From assembly GCF_006345805.1 (NCBI RefSeq), contig NC_043007.1:21080001-21144000 (forward strand): a stretch of DNA of 64,000 bases, given 5' to 3'. Below are positions 1 to 13,869 of this stretch, in pieces. Source of the DNA: Octopus sinensis (lineage: Eukaryota). The translations under genes were made by a program, and so were the position numbers. The notes beneath the pieces were generated by a model. It ran no database searches, was not told the origin of the DNA, and saw nothing but the letters and a program-made list of their open reading frames with translations. Within the stretch, counting starts at the first letter, position 1; every line of letters begins with the position of its first letter.

Positions 1-310
1 ACAGAACAAGGGATTTTCGATGCAAACAATCAATCAGCGCTCAACAAACCTTTGTGTTTTCTTCCAAATCATTGCTGTTGTGGTAACTACATAACTATTT
101 TTTTTTGTTTCAGTCATTTGACTGTGGCCATGCTGGAGCACCGCCTTTAGTCAAGCAAATCAACCCCAGGACTTATTCTTTGTAAGCCTAGTACTTATTC
201 TATCGGTCTCTCTCGCTGAACTGCTAATTGACTGGGATGTAAACACACCAGCATTGGTTGTCAAGCAATATTGGGGGGACAAATACAGACACACAAACAT
301 ACATACATGC

Positions 311-351
<41 letters not shown>

Positions 352-825
352 TATATACAATGAGCTTCTTTCAGTTTCCGTCTTCCAAATCCAGTCACAA
401 GGCTTTGGTTGGCCCAAGGCTATAGTAGAAGACACTTGCCCAAGGTGCCACGCAGTGGGACTGAACCCGGAACCATGTGGTTGGTAAGCAAGCTACTTAC
501 CACACAGCAACTCCTGCACCTATTGAATAAAATCTGTAATAAGCATAGCCTGTCTTTCCATTCATTTAGATAACGACACAATTAAACTGTCACCCCAATA
601 CATACTCTTTTAGTTGTTTCAGTCATTTGACTGCGGCCATGCTGGAGCATCACCTTTTAGTCGAGCAAATTGACCCCAGGACTTTTTCTTTGTAAGCCCA
701 GTACTTATTCTATTGGTCTCTTTTACCAAACCGCTAAGTTACGGGGGACGTAAACACACTAGTTGTCAAGTGATGTTGAGGGGACAAACACAGACAAACA
801 AACATATACACACACACATACATAC

Positions 826-862
<37 letters not shown>

Positions 863-2287
863 CGATAGGCTTCTTTCAGTTTCCATCTACCAAATCCACT
901 CACAAGGCTATAGTAGAAGACACTTGCCCAAGGTGCCACGCAGTGGGACTGAACCCGGAACCATGTGATTGGTAAGCAAGCTACTTACCACACAGCCACT
1001 CTTGCGCCTGTATTAAATATACATAAAATAGTCCAGCCAACGATGGAGCGTTTATGTAGCCGGTGGGCCTTTTAGAAATAGAAGCTAAATTCCAGCAAAT
1101 CACACCCTACTATCTTAAAACAAAAAGTGCACAGACAATTTAGTCCTAACTATACATATAAATAAATTTTTATAATGAGAGGTTTAAGGTTAGAATGCTT
1201 TTGATAATAAACTACTTGATAATATCTGACCTGGAACTAAAGAATAACTTTGAAATGTTAAATAATCAGAGAAGTATCACTAACTTACTTCACTCATTTC
1301 AGACATTTTGTATATAGGCGTAGGAGTGGCTGTGTGGTAAGTAGCTTGCTTACCAACCACATGGTTCCGGGTTCAGTCCCACTGCGTGGCACCTTGGGCA
1401 AGTGTCTTCTACTATAGCCCCGGGCCTACCAAGGCCTTGTGAGTGGATTTGGTAGACGGAAACTGAAAGAAGCCCGTCATATATATGTATATATATATAT
1501 ATGTGTGTGTGTATGTGTGTGCATATGCTTGACAACCGGTGCTGGTGTGTTTACGTCCCCGAAACTTAGCAGTTCTGCAAAAAGTGACCGATAGAATAAG
1601 TACTAGGCTTACAAAGAATAAGCCCTGGGGTCGATTTGCTCGACTAAAAGCAGTGCTCCAGCATGGCCACAGTCAAATGACTGAAACAAGTAAAAGAGTA
1701 AACTATTTTCTGGTTGCTATTATTATGCACCTGTTAATCTTCAATTCTTTTTGATTTCGACTTCAATTTTTTTCCCTTCGTCTCAGTAAAGGTAATTTTT
1801 ACCATTTCTCTTTTTTCTTTTTAATTTTTTTCAATTGTGTTCTCTGTTTTGTCCAATTTTCTAATTTAATTTTGTAAGACTATTGAGCCTTATCGAAATA
1901 AAATTTAAAATTTTTTCCGTCTTGAAGAATATAGTACAATAAATTGTCATTATTTAACTAATTTAAGGCGGTGAGCTGGATGAATTGTTAGCACGCTGGG
2001 GGAAAATGCTTAGGAGCATTTCGTCAGGCTTTACGTTCTGAGTTCAAATTACACCGAGGTCAACTCTGCCTTTCATCTTTACAGGCTCAATAGCACCAGT
2101 TAAGCACTGGGATCGATGAAATCGACATAGCCCCTACCCCGAAATTGCTGGCCTTGAGCCAAAATTTGAAACCGTCATCTAGCTAAGTTTTGGAGTATAA
2201 ATCAACGTGAAATTTTAATTTAAATCACTTATAAATAGAGTTTGTACCCCAGAATCGATGCAATCTCGGACAGATTAGAAACGTTCT

Positions 2288-2870
2288 AAGGCGGCGAGCT
2301 GGCAGAAACGTTAGCACGCCGGGCGAAATGCTTAGATATATTTCGTCTGCCGCCACGTTCTGAGTTCAAATTCCGCCGAGGTCGACTTTGCCTTTCATCC
2401 TTTTGGGGTCGATTAAATTAAGTACCAGTTACGCACTGGAGTCGATATAATCGACTTAATCCGTCTGTCTGTCCTTGTTTGTCCTCTCTGTGTTTAGCCC
2501 CTTGTGGGTAGTAAAGAAATAGGTATTTCGTCTGCCTCTACGTTCAAATTCCGCCGAGGTCGACTGTACCTTTCATTTTTTCGGGGTCTATTAAATAAGT
2601 ACCAGTTACACACTGGGGTCGATATAATCGACTCAATCCGTTTGTTTGTCCCCTCTGTGTTTAGCCCATTGTGGGTAGTAAAGAAAGAGGTATTTCGTCT
2701 GCTTCTATGTTGTGAGTTCAAATTCCGCCGAGGTCGACTTTGCCTTTCATCCTTTCGGGGTCGATAAATAAAGTACCAGTTACGCACTGGGGTCGATATA
2801 ATCTACTTAATCCCTTTGTCTGTCCTTGTTTGTCCCCTCTGTGTTTAGCCCCTTGTGGGCAGTAAAGAAA
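2288..2870 (+). mobile_element. SINE family B, often with internal tandem duplication; also 6795-7028, 16690-17262, 32005-32410, 44985-45207, 60897-61130
   Basis: Shared core GCCGAGGTCGACTTTGCCTTTCATCCTTTCGGGGTCGATAAA (resembles the Nin/Deu SINE central domain, from memory). Confidence 0.85.
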
Positions 2871-3513
2871 TATGTCACGTTCTATAAGAAATGAAACCAG
2901 TCTAAGGGAGGTAACTGTGAGTATTCATATTTACGGTTACAGTTTAATGAGGATCTTGAACTTGTCCCGCATCTTGAGTGAGGACCATTGCGACTGGTTT
3001 CACTAAATACACCATTGAAACTTAATCTTATATAGTAAAACACATCCCGTCCAGAGAGAAAAGACAAAAGTACCCACGGTTAGATTTGAATTAGAAATGT
3101 TGAAGGAAAACATTAATTATTGTAAGGCGTTCTACCGTTTCAGCTAATTCGTCGGAGCAGATTTCTGAATGGTAACTTGATATTACTCTATGAAGGATAA
3201 ATTACATCCTTTTACAAGATTTGGTCTCGTTTATCTACAATCTGAGTTCAAATTCCACCACAGCTGACTTCACTTTTTCGTCTCAGTGATGCCAAACCAA
3301 TAAGCACTTGTAATTGAATCGACATAAGTGACCTTTTATATAAATACTTACCTCCCGAGAATTAAACTAAGCTGGGAGACTGTATCTGCTGAAAAAAAAA
3401 ACCTAATGGATTATTTAAGGGTTTATCCACAGCAAGGGAGGAAGCCGAAACTCAAACCAGCGAAGAAAAGAGAATGGTCGAAAGAATCGGTGAGAGAAAG
3501 AAGAATACAAAAT

Positions 3514-3765
3514 GGCACTACTGAAGTACAGAGGTCCCGATGCATCTACGTAACGATATGTGGCGGAGGTAAAGAAAACGCACACCACCCCGTTTTCGGC
3601 GTAACAAAAATCTTAACCCTAAACCTTAAACTCTATCCCTAAATCCTAACTCTTAACCACCGGGTGTACGTATTCTTTACTTTCACCGTTAGGGTTAGTT
3701 TTTTGGTTTAAGGTTAGGGTTAGGGTTACGTAGATGCGTCGGGACCTTTATATTTAAGTAGTACC
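3514..3765. mobile_element. MITE with about 40-bp TIRs (GGTACTACT..GGTCCCG..) and internal CCCTAA/TTAGGG-like tracts
   Basis: Terminal inverted repeats visible; no clear TSD. Confidence 0.7.
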
Positions 3766-4009
3766 GTTAAGGGACATCTGTATTTAAGTAATACCGTTAA
3801 GGAACATCTGTATTTAAGTAATACCCACAAAACTTACAATAGCAGAAGTGGCTGTGTGGTAAGTAGCTTGCTAACCAACTACATGGTTTCGGGTTCAGTC
3901 CCACTGCGTGGCATCTTGGGCCAGTGTCTTCTGCTATAGCCCCGGGCCGACCAATGCCTTGTGAGTGGATTTGGTAGACGGAAACTGAAAGAAGCCTGTC
4001 GTATATATG

Positions 4010-4042
<33 letters not shown>

Positions 4043-5023
4043 CTGTGTTTGTCCCCCTAGCATTGCTTGACACCCGATGCTGGTGTGTTTACGTCTTTGT
4101 CACTTAGCGGGGCTTACAAAGAATAAGTCCCGGGGTCTATTTGCTCGACTAAAAGGTGGTGCTCCAGCATGGCCGCAGTCAAATGACTGAAACAAGTAAA
4201 AAGAGAAAAAGAGAGAGCAAAGCAAAAATAGTGAACGTATGAGGGGGGAAATATAGGAGAGGAAGATTGTCTAGTATGAGAGAGAGAGAGAGAGAGAGAA
4301 TGTGTATGAAAAAGAATGCAATAGACAGATGAGAGAAAATGAATTGTTTACATATAAACAGAGAAATAGATATAATAAGGGAAAAGGTTGAAAGAAAGTT
4401 TAACAAACGTATAGGCGTATGAGTGGCTTTGTGGTAAGTAGCTTGCTTACGAACCACATGGCTCCGGGTTCGGCAAAAAGTGACCGATAGAATAAGTACT
4501 AACTAGGCTTACAAAGAATCAGTCCTGGGGTCGATTTGCTCGACTAAAGGTGGTGCTCCAGCATGACCACAGTCACATGACTGAAACATGCATACCAGAC
4601 TCCCCTATCCACGTCACCGATGTTATCCAAGGGAAAGGCAAAGGGGGCCGATACAGCTTGGCGCCAGTGACGTCGCAGCTCATTTATTAACGTTGCAAGT
4701 GGCTGAGCACTCCACAGACATGTGTACCCTTAACGTAGTTCTCGGGGAGATTCAGCGTGACACAGAGTGTGACAAGGCTGGCTCTTTGAGATACAGGTAC
4801 AACAGAAACAGGAAGAGAGAATGAGAGAAAGCTGTGGTGAAAGAGTACAGCAGGGTTCGCCACCACGCCCTGCCGGAGCCTCGTGGAGCTTTAGATGTTT
4901 TTGCTCAGTAAACACTCACAACACCCGAAACCACGATCCTACGACCGCGAGTCCACTGCCCGAACCACTGGGCCATTGCGCCTCCGCACACACACACACG
5001 CACGCGCGCGCACACACACACAC

Positions 5024-5064
<41 letters not shown>

Positions 5065-5266
5065 TAGGCAATATTTGATTCCAAATAAAGAAAATTTATG
5101 GTTGGATTAAAATACTGCATGCTAAAATTTATTATATAGAAATGCCTGACTGGTCATCCTGAAATAACACCTGTTTTTATTTGTGAATATTTTTGATAAA
5201 TATCGTTTTTTAATCAGTTGTTTTGTTGAAAAAAGTCATCACTTCATTTCAGCTGTGGCTACAACT

Positions 5267-5636
5267 GGCAATCTTTCGTCTCTAGTAGACCTTTCCGTCG
5301 ATTTCCGTAAAAAAATTTTACATATGGGCTTGCGGGAACTTTTGAAGTAATGAGAGCGAAAGAGACTAAGAGAAAGCGATTGTATGACGAGGGAAGTTCT
5401 TTTGAAGTTACCGCACATGATGTACATGTGTGTGTGTGTGTGTGTTTGATGGGGTGTGGGAGACAGACAGTATGTTGTGTAAGTGAAGTGCTTCTGTTAG
5501 TGTGTGTGAAGAGACAGAGAGAGTAATGTGTCTCTTTCGCTCTCATTACTTCAAAAGTTCCCGCAAGCCCATATGTAAAAACAAAAATCTTTTTACGGAA
5601 ATCGACAGAAAGGTCTACTAGAGCCGAAAGATCGCC
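5267..5636. mobile_element. MITE with about 100-bp TIRs and 8-bp TSD CTACAACT (Merlin- or hAT-type)
   Basis: Arms 5267-5366 and 5530-5636 start GGC(A/G)ATCTTTCG; identical 8-mer on both flanks. Confidence 0.85.
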
Positions 5637-5710
5637 CTACAACTGTTAAAACAAGTCATCAAATGAAGATTTTAATAGCTTTGAAGACAAAACTAAATAA
5701 GTGAAAGAGA

Positions 5711-5723
5711 TGTAAATAAACAA
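5711..5723 (+). promoter_or_regulatory. Overlapping forkhead (FOXJ1-type RTAAAYA) motifs TGTAAATAAACAA
   Basis: GTAAATA and ATAAACA about 25 nt upstream of the X-box; short motifs in AT-rich DNA. Confidence 0.4.
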
Positions 5724-5745
5724 TCGAGGGGGGAATAACTCTACA

Positions 5746-5759
5746 GTTTCCATGGAAAC
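5746..5759. promoter_or_regulatory. RFX X-box, perfect palindrome GTTTCCATGGAAAC
   Basis: Exact match to the X-box consensus GTTNCCATGGNAAC, 77 nt upstream of the ATG of a ciliary/flagellar gene. Confidence 0.75.
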
Positions 5760-5835
5760 GCACGCTTTGCCTGCTGACTGTTTACATATTTGGAAGCTAA
5801 GACCGTGAGAAGTTTTTACGATAAGAAGTTTCACG

Positions 5836-5901
5836 ATGCAAGATACTGCGCTAGAGATGGAAGACGATACTTCAACGAGCGATGAGTCTGAAGTCATCGA
5901 A
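5836..5901 (+). CDS. LRGUK: LRGUK exon 1 ([22 protein letters not shown])
   Basis: ATG 77 nt downstream of the X-box; acidic N-terminus; donor GTAACT in phase 0. Least certain exon. Confidence 0.6.
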
Positions 5902-8900
5902 GTAACTCCCAATCTTGAGCTATATTTTATTTTTCTGTCAAAGAATATATATATATATATATATATATACCGAGATTTGCTTTGACGAGTATGCATGTAT
6001 GTATGTGTGTGTGTGTGGAGAGAGAGAGAAGAAAGTCAGTGAATGTGTTCTCAAATTGTTTTAAACACTTTTGTTGGGTTTTTTTTTTTTGGTTTTTTTT
6101 ATAATTTATTTACAGGCGCAGGAGTAGCTGTGTGGTAAGTAGCTTGCTTACCAACCACATGGTTCCGGGTTCAGTCCCACTGCGTGGCACCTTGGGCAAG
6201 TGTCTTCTACTATAGCCTCGGGCCGACCAAGGCCTTGTGAGTGGATTTGGTAGACGGAAACTGAAAGAAGCCTGTCGTATATATGTATATGTATATATAT
6301 ATATATGTGTGTTTGTGTGTCTGTGTTTGTCCCCCTAGCATTGCTTGACAACCGATGCTGGTGTGTTTATGTCCCCGTTACTTAGCGGTTCGGCAAAAGA
6401 GACCGATAGAATAAGTACTGGGCTTACAAAAGAATAAGTTCCGGGGTCGAGTTGCTCGACTAAAGGCGGTGCTCCAGCATGGCCGCAGTCAAATGACTGA
6501 AACAAGTAAAAGAGTAAAGAGTATCCAATTATTTTCCCATTTATTCTGATGTTTTTATCCCAGAACGTTATTTACCTTTATTTTGCCACAGTAAACACCA
6601 GCTTAGAATTTCTATCATTTACATCACTCAGCGTATCTCAGTTTGACTTAATATACAGTAAGCACGTTTATATACCCGAGTTACATATCTGAAGTAATGC
6701 ACCCACGAACTCGTTCCTCAGTCTACCAACTCAGCAAGCTTTATCGACTGAGTTTTGAAATTGCTGTCTCCCGAAGTCCCGTACCTCATTAGAAAAGGCG
6801 GCAAGCTGGTAGAAACGTTAGCACACCGGGCAAAATGAGTAGCCGTATTTCGTCTGCCATTACGTTCTGAGTTCAAATTCCGCCGAGGTCGACTTTGCCT
6901 TTCATCCTTTCGGGGTCGATAAACTAAGTACCAGTTACGCACTGGGGTCGATGTAATCGTCTTAATCCGTTTATCTGTCCTTGTTTGTCCCCTCTGTGTT
7001 TAGCCCCTTGTGGGTAGTAAAGAAATAGAAGAGGAAATGGTTTGGAATGAGGAGGGTTGCGAAAAAAGTTTTTTAGAAATCATAATTTCTGTTTCATGAA
7101 ACAGAAAACATGTCCCTAGTATTGCTAGAACTGCATCCCAAAGATGGCCCGTCTCTTTAGGGCCAGATGATATTTCAGTCCCCATCAGCTTGCGATATTC
7201 TTTAGACCCCTAAGTGGGGCTCATAAAGGCGTACTGCACCTACATCTGGGATGGAGGTTACTGCTATGCACATTGACATCCTGGATTACACCCAGTGAAG
7301 GGTCACTCTCTTACTGCACCTACATCTGGGATGAGGGTTACTGCTATGCACATTGACATCCTGGATCGCATCCAGTGAAGGGTCACTCTGCTGATTGGTA
7401 TCCAACACTAATGGATGCTCCTGTCTACTCACCTGGCAAAAATGAGTTATACCTGTATTTCAAAGGGCCAGCCTTGTCACACTCTGTGTCACGCTGAATC
7501 TCCCCGAGAACTACGTTAGGGGTACGCGTGTCTGTGGATTGCTCAGTCACTTGTACATTAATTTCACGAGCAGGCTGTTCCGTTGATTGTATCAGCTGGG
7601 ACCCTCGTCATCGTAACCAACGGAGAGCTCCATATAGTTAGATAGGTAGATATATATAATATGTATACTCTTTACTTGTTTCAGTCATTTGACTGCGGCC
7701 ATGCTGGAGCACCGCCTTTTAGTCGAGCAAATCGACCCCGGGACTTATTCTTTGTAAGCCCAGTACTTATTCTATCGGTCTCTTTTGCCGAACCGCTAAG
7801 TGACAGGGACGTAAACACACCAGCATCGGTTGTCAAGCAATACTAGGGGGACAAACACAGACACACAAACACACACATATATATATATATATATATACAT
7901 ATATACGACAGGCTTCTTTCAGTTTCCGTCTACCAAATCCACTCACAAGGCATTGGTCGGCCCGGGGCTATAGCAGAAGACACTTGTCCAAGATGCCACG
8001 CAGTGGGACTGAACCCGGAACCATGTGGTTGGTTAGCAAGCTACTTACCACACAGCCACTCCTGCGCCTATGTATGTGTGTGTGTGATTAATTTGTAAAT
8101 TTGTTTATTTTCTGCACAATAAAACATCGTTCAATAACAATGGTTTTTCTAATTTTCTGTCATTTTTCAGCTAACAAAAGATGACCAGGTCATTACTGAG
8201 AGAATATGTAAGAATTTATCCGATCTTGCGAATATTCAGAAGTCATTTTCTGGTCAGCTGCAGTACTCAGCATTTTATGGAATTGTAAATATAAAGATAA
8301 TCCTTGTTCAATTTTTCTCTTTTTTATTTTTGTGTGTAGGAGACTTCGGTCTATCATCATCATCATCATCATCATCGTTTAACGTCCGCTTTCTATGCTA
8401 GTATTGGTTGGACAGTTCAACTGGGGTCTGGGAAGCCAGGAGGCTGCACCAGGCCCAGTCTGATCTGGCAGTGTTTCTACAGCTGGATGCCCTTCCTAAT
8501 GCCAACCACTCCGTGAGTGTAGTGGGTGCTTTTTACATGCCACCGGCACAGGGGCCAGAGGAGGCTGGCAACATCCACAGTCAGTTGGTGCTTTTTACAT
8601 GCCACCAGCACGGAGTCCAGTCGGGGCGGCGCTGGCAACGGCCATGTTCGGATGGTTCTTTTACGTGCCACTGGCACTGGTATCACAACTACAATTTCCA
8701 TTGATTTTTGAGCAATTTCGATTTCGATTTACTCTATTGCTAACTGTTGATCAACTATCAGAGATTCATTTTTTAAAAATGGAAATTAATAGCAAACATT
8801 ATTGAAGATTATTGTTGGATTTCTTCGTTAATAGATGGTTGGCAAAGACAGACAGACTTAGAATACAGGCTTACCTCACCCTATGGGTCGATACATTTAA

Positions 8901-10601
8901 CTAAAAACACTTCAAGGTGGTACCCCAGTATGGCCACAATCTAATAATAATAATGAAATTATTGTATACGGTGCTCAGGTGCACCACAACTTGTCAAAAG
9001 TGTGTATAAAGCATATGCAGTAATGTACAAATGTCTGGGAAGTGAACAGTGTATGAGTCAGATACATGCTTGCGTGTGTATGGAGGGGAGAAAATCAGGT
9101 GTAGTGTTGGCGAATCTCAGGAAGCATGGAAGTTTTGAAGGATGCAGTGCTCCGACAACTAACAACTGATGCCGGCAGTTTGTTCCATGCTTCAGCAACT
9201 CTCAGCGTGAAAAAATGTTTCCGAAAGTCATGGGAGCTGTGCTGTTTTCTGACTTTGTAAACATGTCCACGGGTGTTAGACGGGTGGAGTTTGAAAAGGT
9301 GCTCAGAGTTATTGTTAGTAAGATGGTTGATAATTTTATGGGTGTCTGCCAAGTCAGCTGCCAGGCGTCGGAGTTTCAATGTGTCCATGACATTTGTACA
9401 TTACTGCATATGCTTTATACGCACTTTTGACAAGTTGTGGTGCACCTGAGCACTGTATACAATAATCTCATTATTATTTAATGATTGAAACAAGTAAAAG
9501 ATAAAAGATAAGAAAACTATAAAGAAGTTAGTATTTTGAAAAGCTGAATTCCCACCTTTTATCTAAATCTTTAGCCACTTGACCTAGCAAAATGTACAAG
9601 TTCTGATGTGTTTGTATGTATTTGTGTGTTCAGGTTTTTTTCTTTCTTTTTCAGAGACAGAAATAAAATCTTTTCAATCATTTATTTTTAAAACTTTTTT
9701 TTTTAAATATAGGACTTGGAACTAAAGAATATGGAAGCACTGAAACCATATAGTTACCTTCAAAAAATTGATGTTTCCAATAATCAGATATCAAGTAAGA
9801 ATGATGTGAAAATACATGGATTCTTTATTCCACAGCAGATGATATGAAATGATGTTAAAATATTTCCCTATCGCAATCCCTCAAATTCTTATGTAGATAT
9901 AAATTTCTAGTTAGTTTAACACTCTGTGGCTAAGCCACCTTCTTTTTTGTGTTGTATTCCCTACACAATAGTTTGCATGATGCTGATATCTGCCTCGACT
10001 ACAATTTCATTTGGTTTGATGGGTCTTTTCCGCAAGCACAGCATATCGCTGAAGGTCTTGGTCATTTGTCATTGCCTCGGTGAGGTCCAGCACTCGGAAG
10101 GTACTTTTTATGTACCAGTTACATGACAACCACGTAAACCATCACATCATTGAAATCTCAAAGCTACGAGATAATGTGTGATTAATTCAAAACATCATCA
10201 TCATCATCATCATCATCATCATTTAATGTTTCTTTTCCATGCTGGCATGAGTTGGACGGTTCGACCAGGGTCTGGGAAGCCAGGAGGCTGCACCAGGCTC
10301 CAGTCTGATCTGGCAGTGTTTCTACAGCTCGATGCCCTTCCTAACACCAACCACTCCGAGAGTGTAGTGGGTGCTTTTTACGTGCCACCGGCACAGGGGC
10401 TACAGGAGTCTGGCAATGGCCACAATCAGTTGGTGCTTTTTACGTGCCACCGACACGGATGACAGTCAAGGCGGTGCTGGCATCAGCCACGTTTGGATGG
10501 TATTTTTTACGTGCCACCGTCACGGGTATCACAACTACAATTTCCATTTGATTTTTATTTTAATGTTAGCATGAATAAATAATAATACATTTGATAGAAT
10601 A

Positions 10602-10660
<59 letters not shown>

Positions 10661-12065
10661 CATTGTGTACAGTGCTCAGGTGCACTACAACTCATCTAAA
10701 GTGTATGTATAATCAGGTGTAGTTTCGGCGGATTTCGGAAAGCATGAGGGCCTTAAAGGATGCAGTGTCATGGCAGTCAACAACTGACGCAGGCAGTTTG
10801 TTCCATGCTTCAGCAACTCTGAGCATGAAAAAATGTTTCTGAAAGTCATGGGAGCTGTGTTGTTTTCTGATTTTGTAGGCATGTCCACGTGTGTTGGACA
10901 CATGGAGATCAAAAAGGTGTTCAGTGTTGTTGTTGGTGAGGTGGTTGATAACTTTGTGGGTGTTTACCAAGTCCATCGCCAGACGCCAAAGCTTCAGTGA
11001 ATCCATGCCCAGGGAAACAAGGTTTTCAAAGTATGGTAGGTGTCTGATGGAGGGTATGCATTTGGTTGCACGTCTCTGAACAGATTCCAGGAGGTCAATG
11101 TTCTGAGCAAGATAGGGGTTCCAAACTGATGATGTGAATTCCAAGTGTGGTCGTACCATAGCTGTATACAGTTTTAAAGGGTTTAGGGAATCGAAATAAG
11201 GGTTAGGTTCAATCTGTATGACATGAATTTTCTTTTCTTTCCTTTCTCTGATCAGTCTCAGAGATTCAGCAAAGATATTCAGTTCTGCTCTGCTCTTATT
11301 CCTCTGACAATACCATGAAAGATAAAAGAATAAAAACATGATCATGCAGAACCTTGTATTAAAAGGGGCTTCTTAACCGCATGGTTCTTGGTTCAATCTC
11401 ACTGAGGGACAACTTGGGCAAGTGTCTTCTACTATAGCTTTGGGCTGACCAAAGCATTGTGAGTCAATTTGGTAGACGGAAACTGAAAGAAGCCCATCAT
11501 ATATGTTTGTGTGTGTGTGTGAGTGTGAGTTGTGTGTGTTTGTGTGTGTGTGTGAGTGTGTGTGTATGTATGTGTGTGAGTGTGTGTGTGTGAGTGTGTG
11601 TGTGTGTGAGTGTGTTTGTGTGAGTGTGTGTGAGTGTGTGTGTGTGAGAGTGTATGTGTGTGTGTGTGCTCATGCATCTGTTTGTTTGTCTTTGTATTTC
11701 TTCTCCCTCCGCCACTTCACAACCTGTATTGGTTTCTTTACATCACCATAACTTAGCAGTTCAGCAAAAGACACTAATAGAATAATTACCAAACTCAAAG
11801 AGTCAATCATCTTTAGCATCATCATCATCATTATCATCATCATTGTCGTTTTAATGTCCCTTCTTCCATGTTCAGACAGGTCGGACAGGATTCTCTACAC
11901 CTGGATGCCCTTCCTGTCACCAACCCTCGCCTGTTTCCAAGGGAGGTAATATTTCCCCATAGCCAGACCAGACATGTTTTCATGGAAGAGTGGAAACCTA
12001 GGACACTGCTCACATGACAGTGAGTTGACACTCAGAATACTCATGTGACATCAAGGCAGCGAGAC

Positions 12066-12102
<37 letters not shown>

Positions 12103-13796
12103 TGCATACATACATGCATGCATACATATATACATACACAAAGAGCTTTCTTCAGTTTCCATCTACCAAATGTATTCTCAAATCTTTGGTCTGTTATAGC
12201 AGAAGAGACGTGCCCAAGATATCACACAGTGGGATTGAACCCGAGAATGGGTGATTGAGAAGCAAACTTCTCATCACACAGCTAAGCCATTAGTTTACAT
12301 CTCTCTATATATAAAGCTGAAGTTGTCTGTGTATGGCAGGTTTGGTAGCCTTCAACTAACTCTATCTCCTCCGAGACCCTGCGGTGCAAGTTGACCAAAA
12401 TTGAGAGTATGATAGAAGAAGGCTTGCTCTTCCTTCCGTAGAAGAAAAAATTCAAATCGGACCATGTTAACACCAAAAATTATTTACATAAAAAAAAGGT
12501 GCTTTTTTTCTATGAAAATCCCTATTTTTTACGATTTTTTGACTGCTGTGTCACCATTTTTTGGTGTATTTCAACCAGAAAAATGTTCACTTAGAGAGAA
12601 TAACAAGCTACATAATGCAAAATTTTTACTTTTCAAAAATACCAATTCTAAAGGGTCGAAACAAACCCGAGCAACGCCAGGCTATACTGCTAGTCCATGA
12701 TAAAACATGGGTGTTATATCTATCTAAAGCCATAAAAAACACTTTGATAGCTTAATGTAAAAACATTTCTTGTGTAATATATAGACAAACATGCAAGAGT
12801 CACATAAGTTGTAAATTGGGTCAGATGTTTGATTGAACAACGAACGAAATAGTTCAACCATGTATTGAACTTACATTGGAGATTCATTCATCATAATTTT
12901 ACTTGATTCTATAAAGCTAGACTGTATATTGATTGGAAATTTCTCCCCCACCTCTCTCTCTCTCTCTCTCTCCCCCTTGGCCAAAAATTGAAAAGATTGT
13001 GTTCTTTATTTTTATATTTTTTTAATCTCAATTTTACAAGGCCTCAAAAGTATTTTCCATTTATTTGTTATTTTTTTACATTATGATGTTCAGACATTGT
13101 TAGATATAAATCATAGACTGGGTTTTTTTTTTTTTTTGTCGGGGGAGAGGTAATGACCGGGTCTTATTTACCATTTGTTTTCAATCAATATTTACATTGA
13201 CAACCATCTGAGCAGCTGAAGAACTTGCAGAATAATGTTTTTGGTAGTTCTTTTCCTAATGCAATAAAAGGAAAAAACAGAGGGGAAAAAAAAAAAAATC
13301 AATTTTAGGGCTTTTGCAGTCTTATTAAAATCAATCACCCTTTCGCTATCTGTACTCATATTTAATCAATATCATTTCCTCATGAAATCAATATCGTTTC
13401 TGTTACTTTCCATTTGGTTGAGCTCCAAATATCTATCTGGAAATTTCTCTTTCTTTTCAACAATGTAAAAATAACAGCCCTTTCTATTATATATGCACAA
13501 AGCCTGAAATTTTGGGGAGTAGGGTAGGGCTAATTGATTGCATTGACCCTTGTGAGTGACTGAAACTTATTTTATTGACCCCCGAAAGGATGAAAGGCAA
13601 GGTTGACCTCAGTGGAATTTGAACTCAGAACATAAATACAGGAGTGGCTGTGTGGTAAGTAGCTTGCTAACCAACCACATGGTTCCGGGTTCAGTCCCAC
13701 TGCGTGGCATCTTGGGCAAGTGTCTTCTGCTATAGCCCCGGGCTGACCAATGCCTTGTGAGTGGATTTGGTAGACGGAAACTGAAAGAAGCCTGCC

Positions 13797-13869
<73 letters not shown>

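Noticed and set aside
160-487. Recurrent ORFs ending [16 protein letters not shown], or containing [11 protein letters not shown] or [13 protein letters not shown]
   Set aside because: Chance frames through SINE families A, B and C, repeated at many loci
2870-3090. Non-repetitive stretch with possible exon signals on either strand (minus MRDKFKILIK..., plus MSRSIRNETSLRE)
   Set aside because: No recognisable homology and weak splice sites; needs RNA-seq
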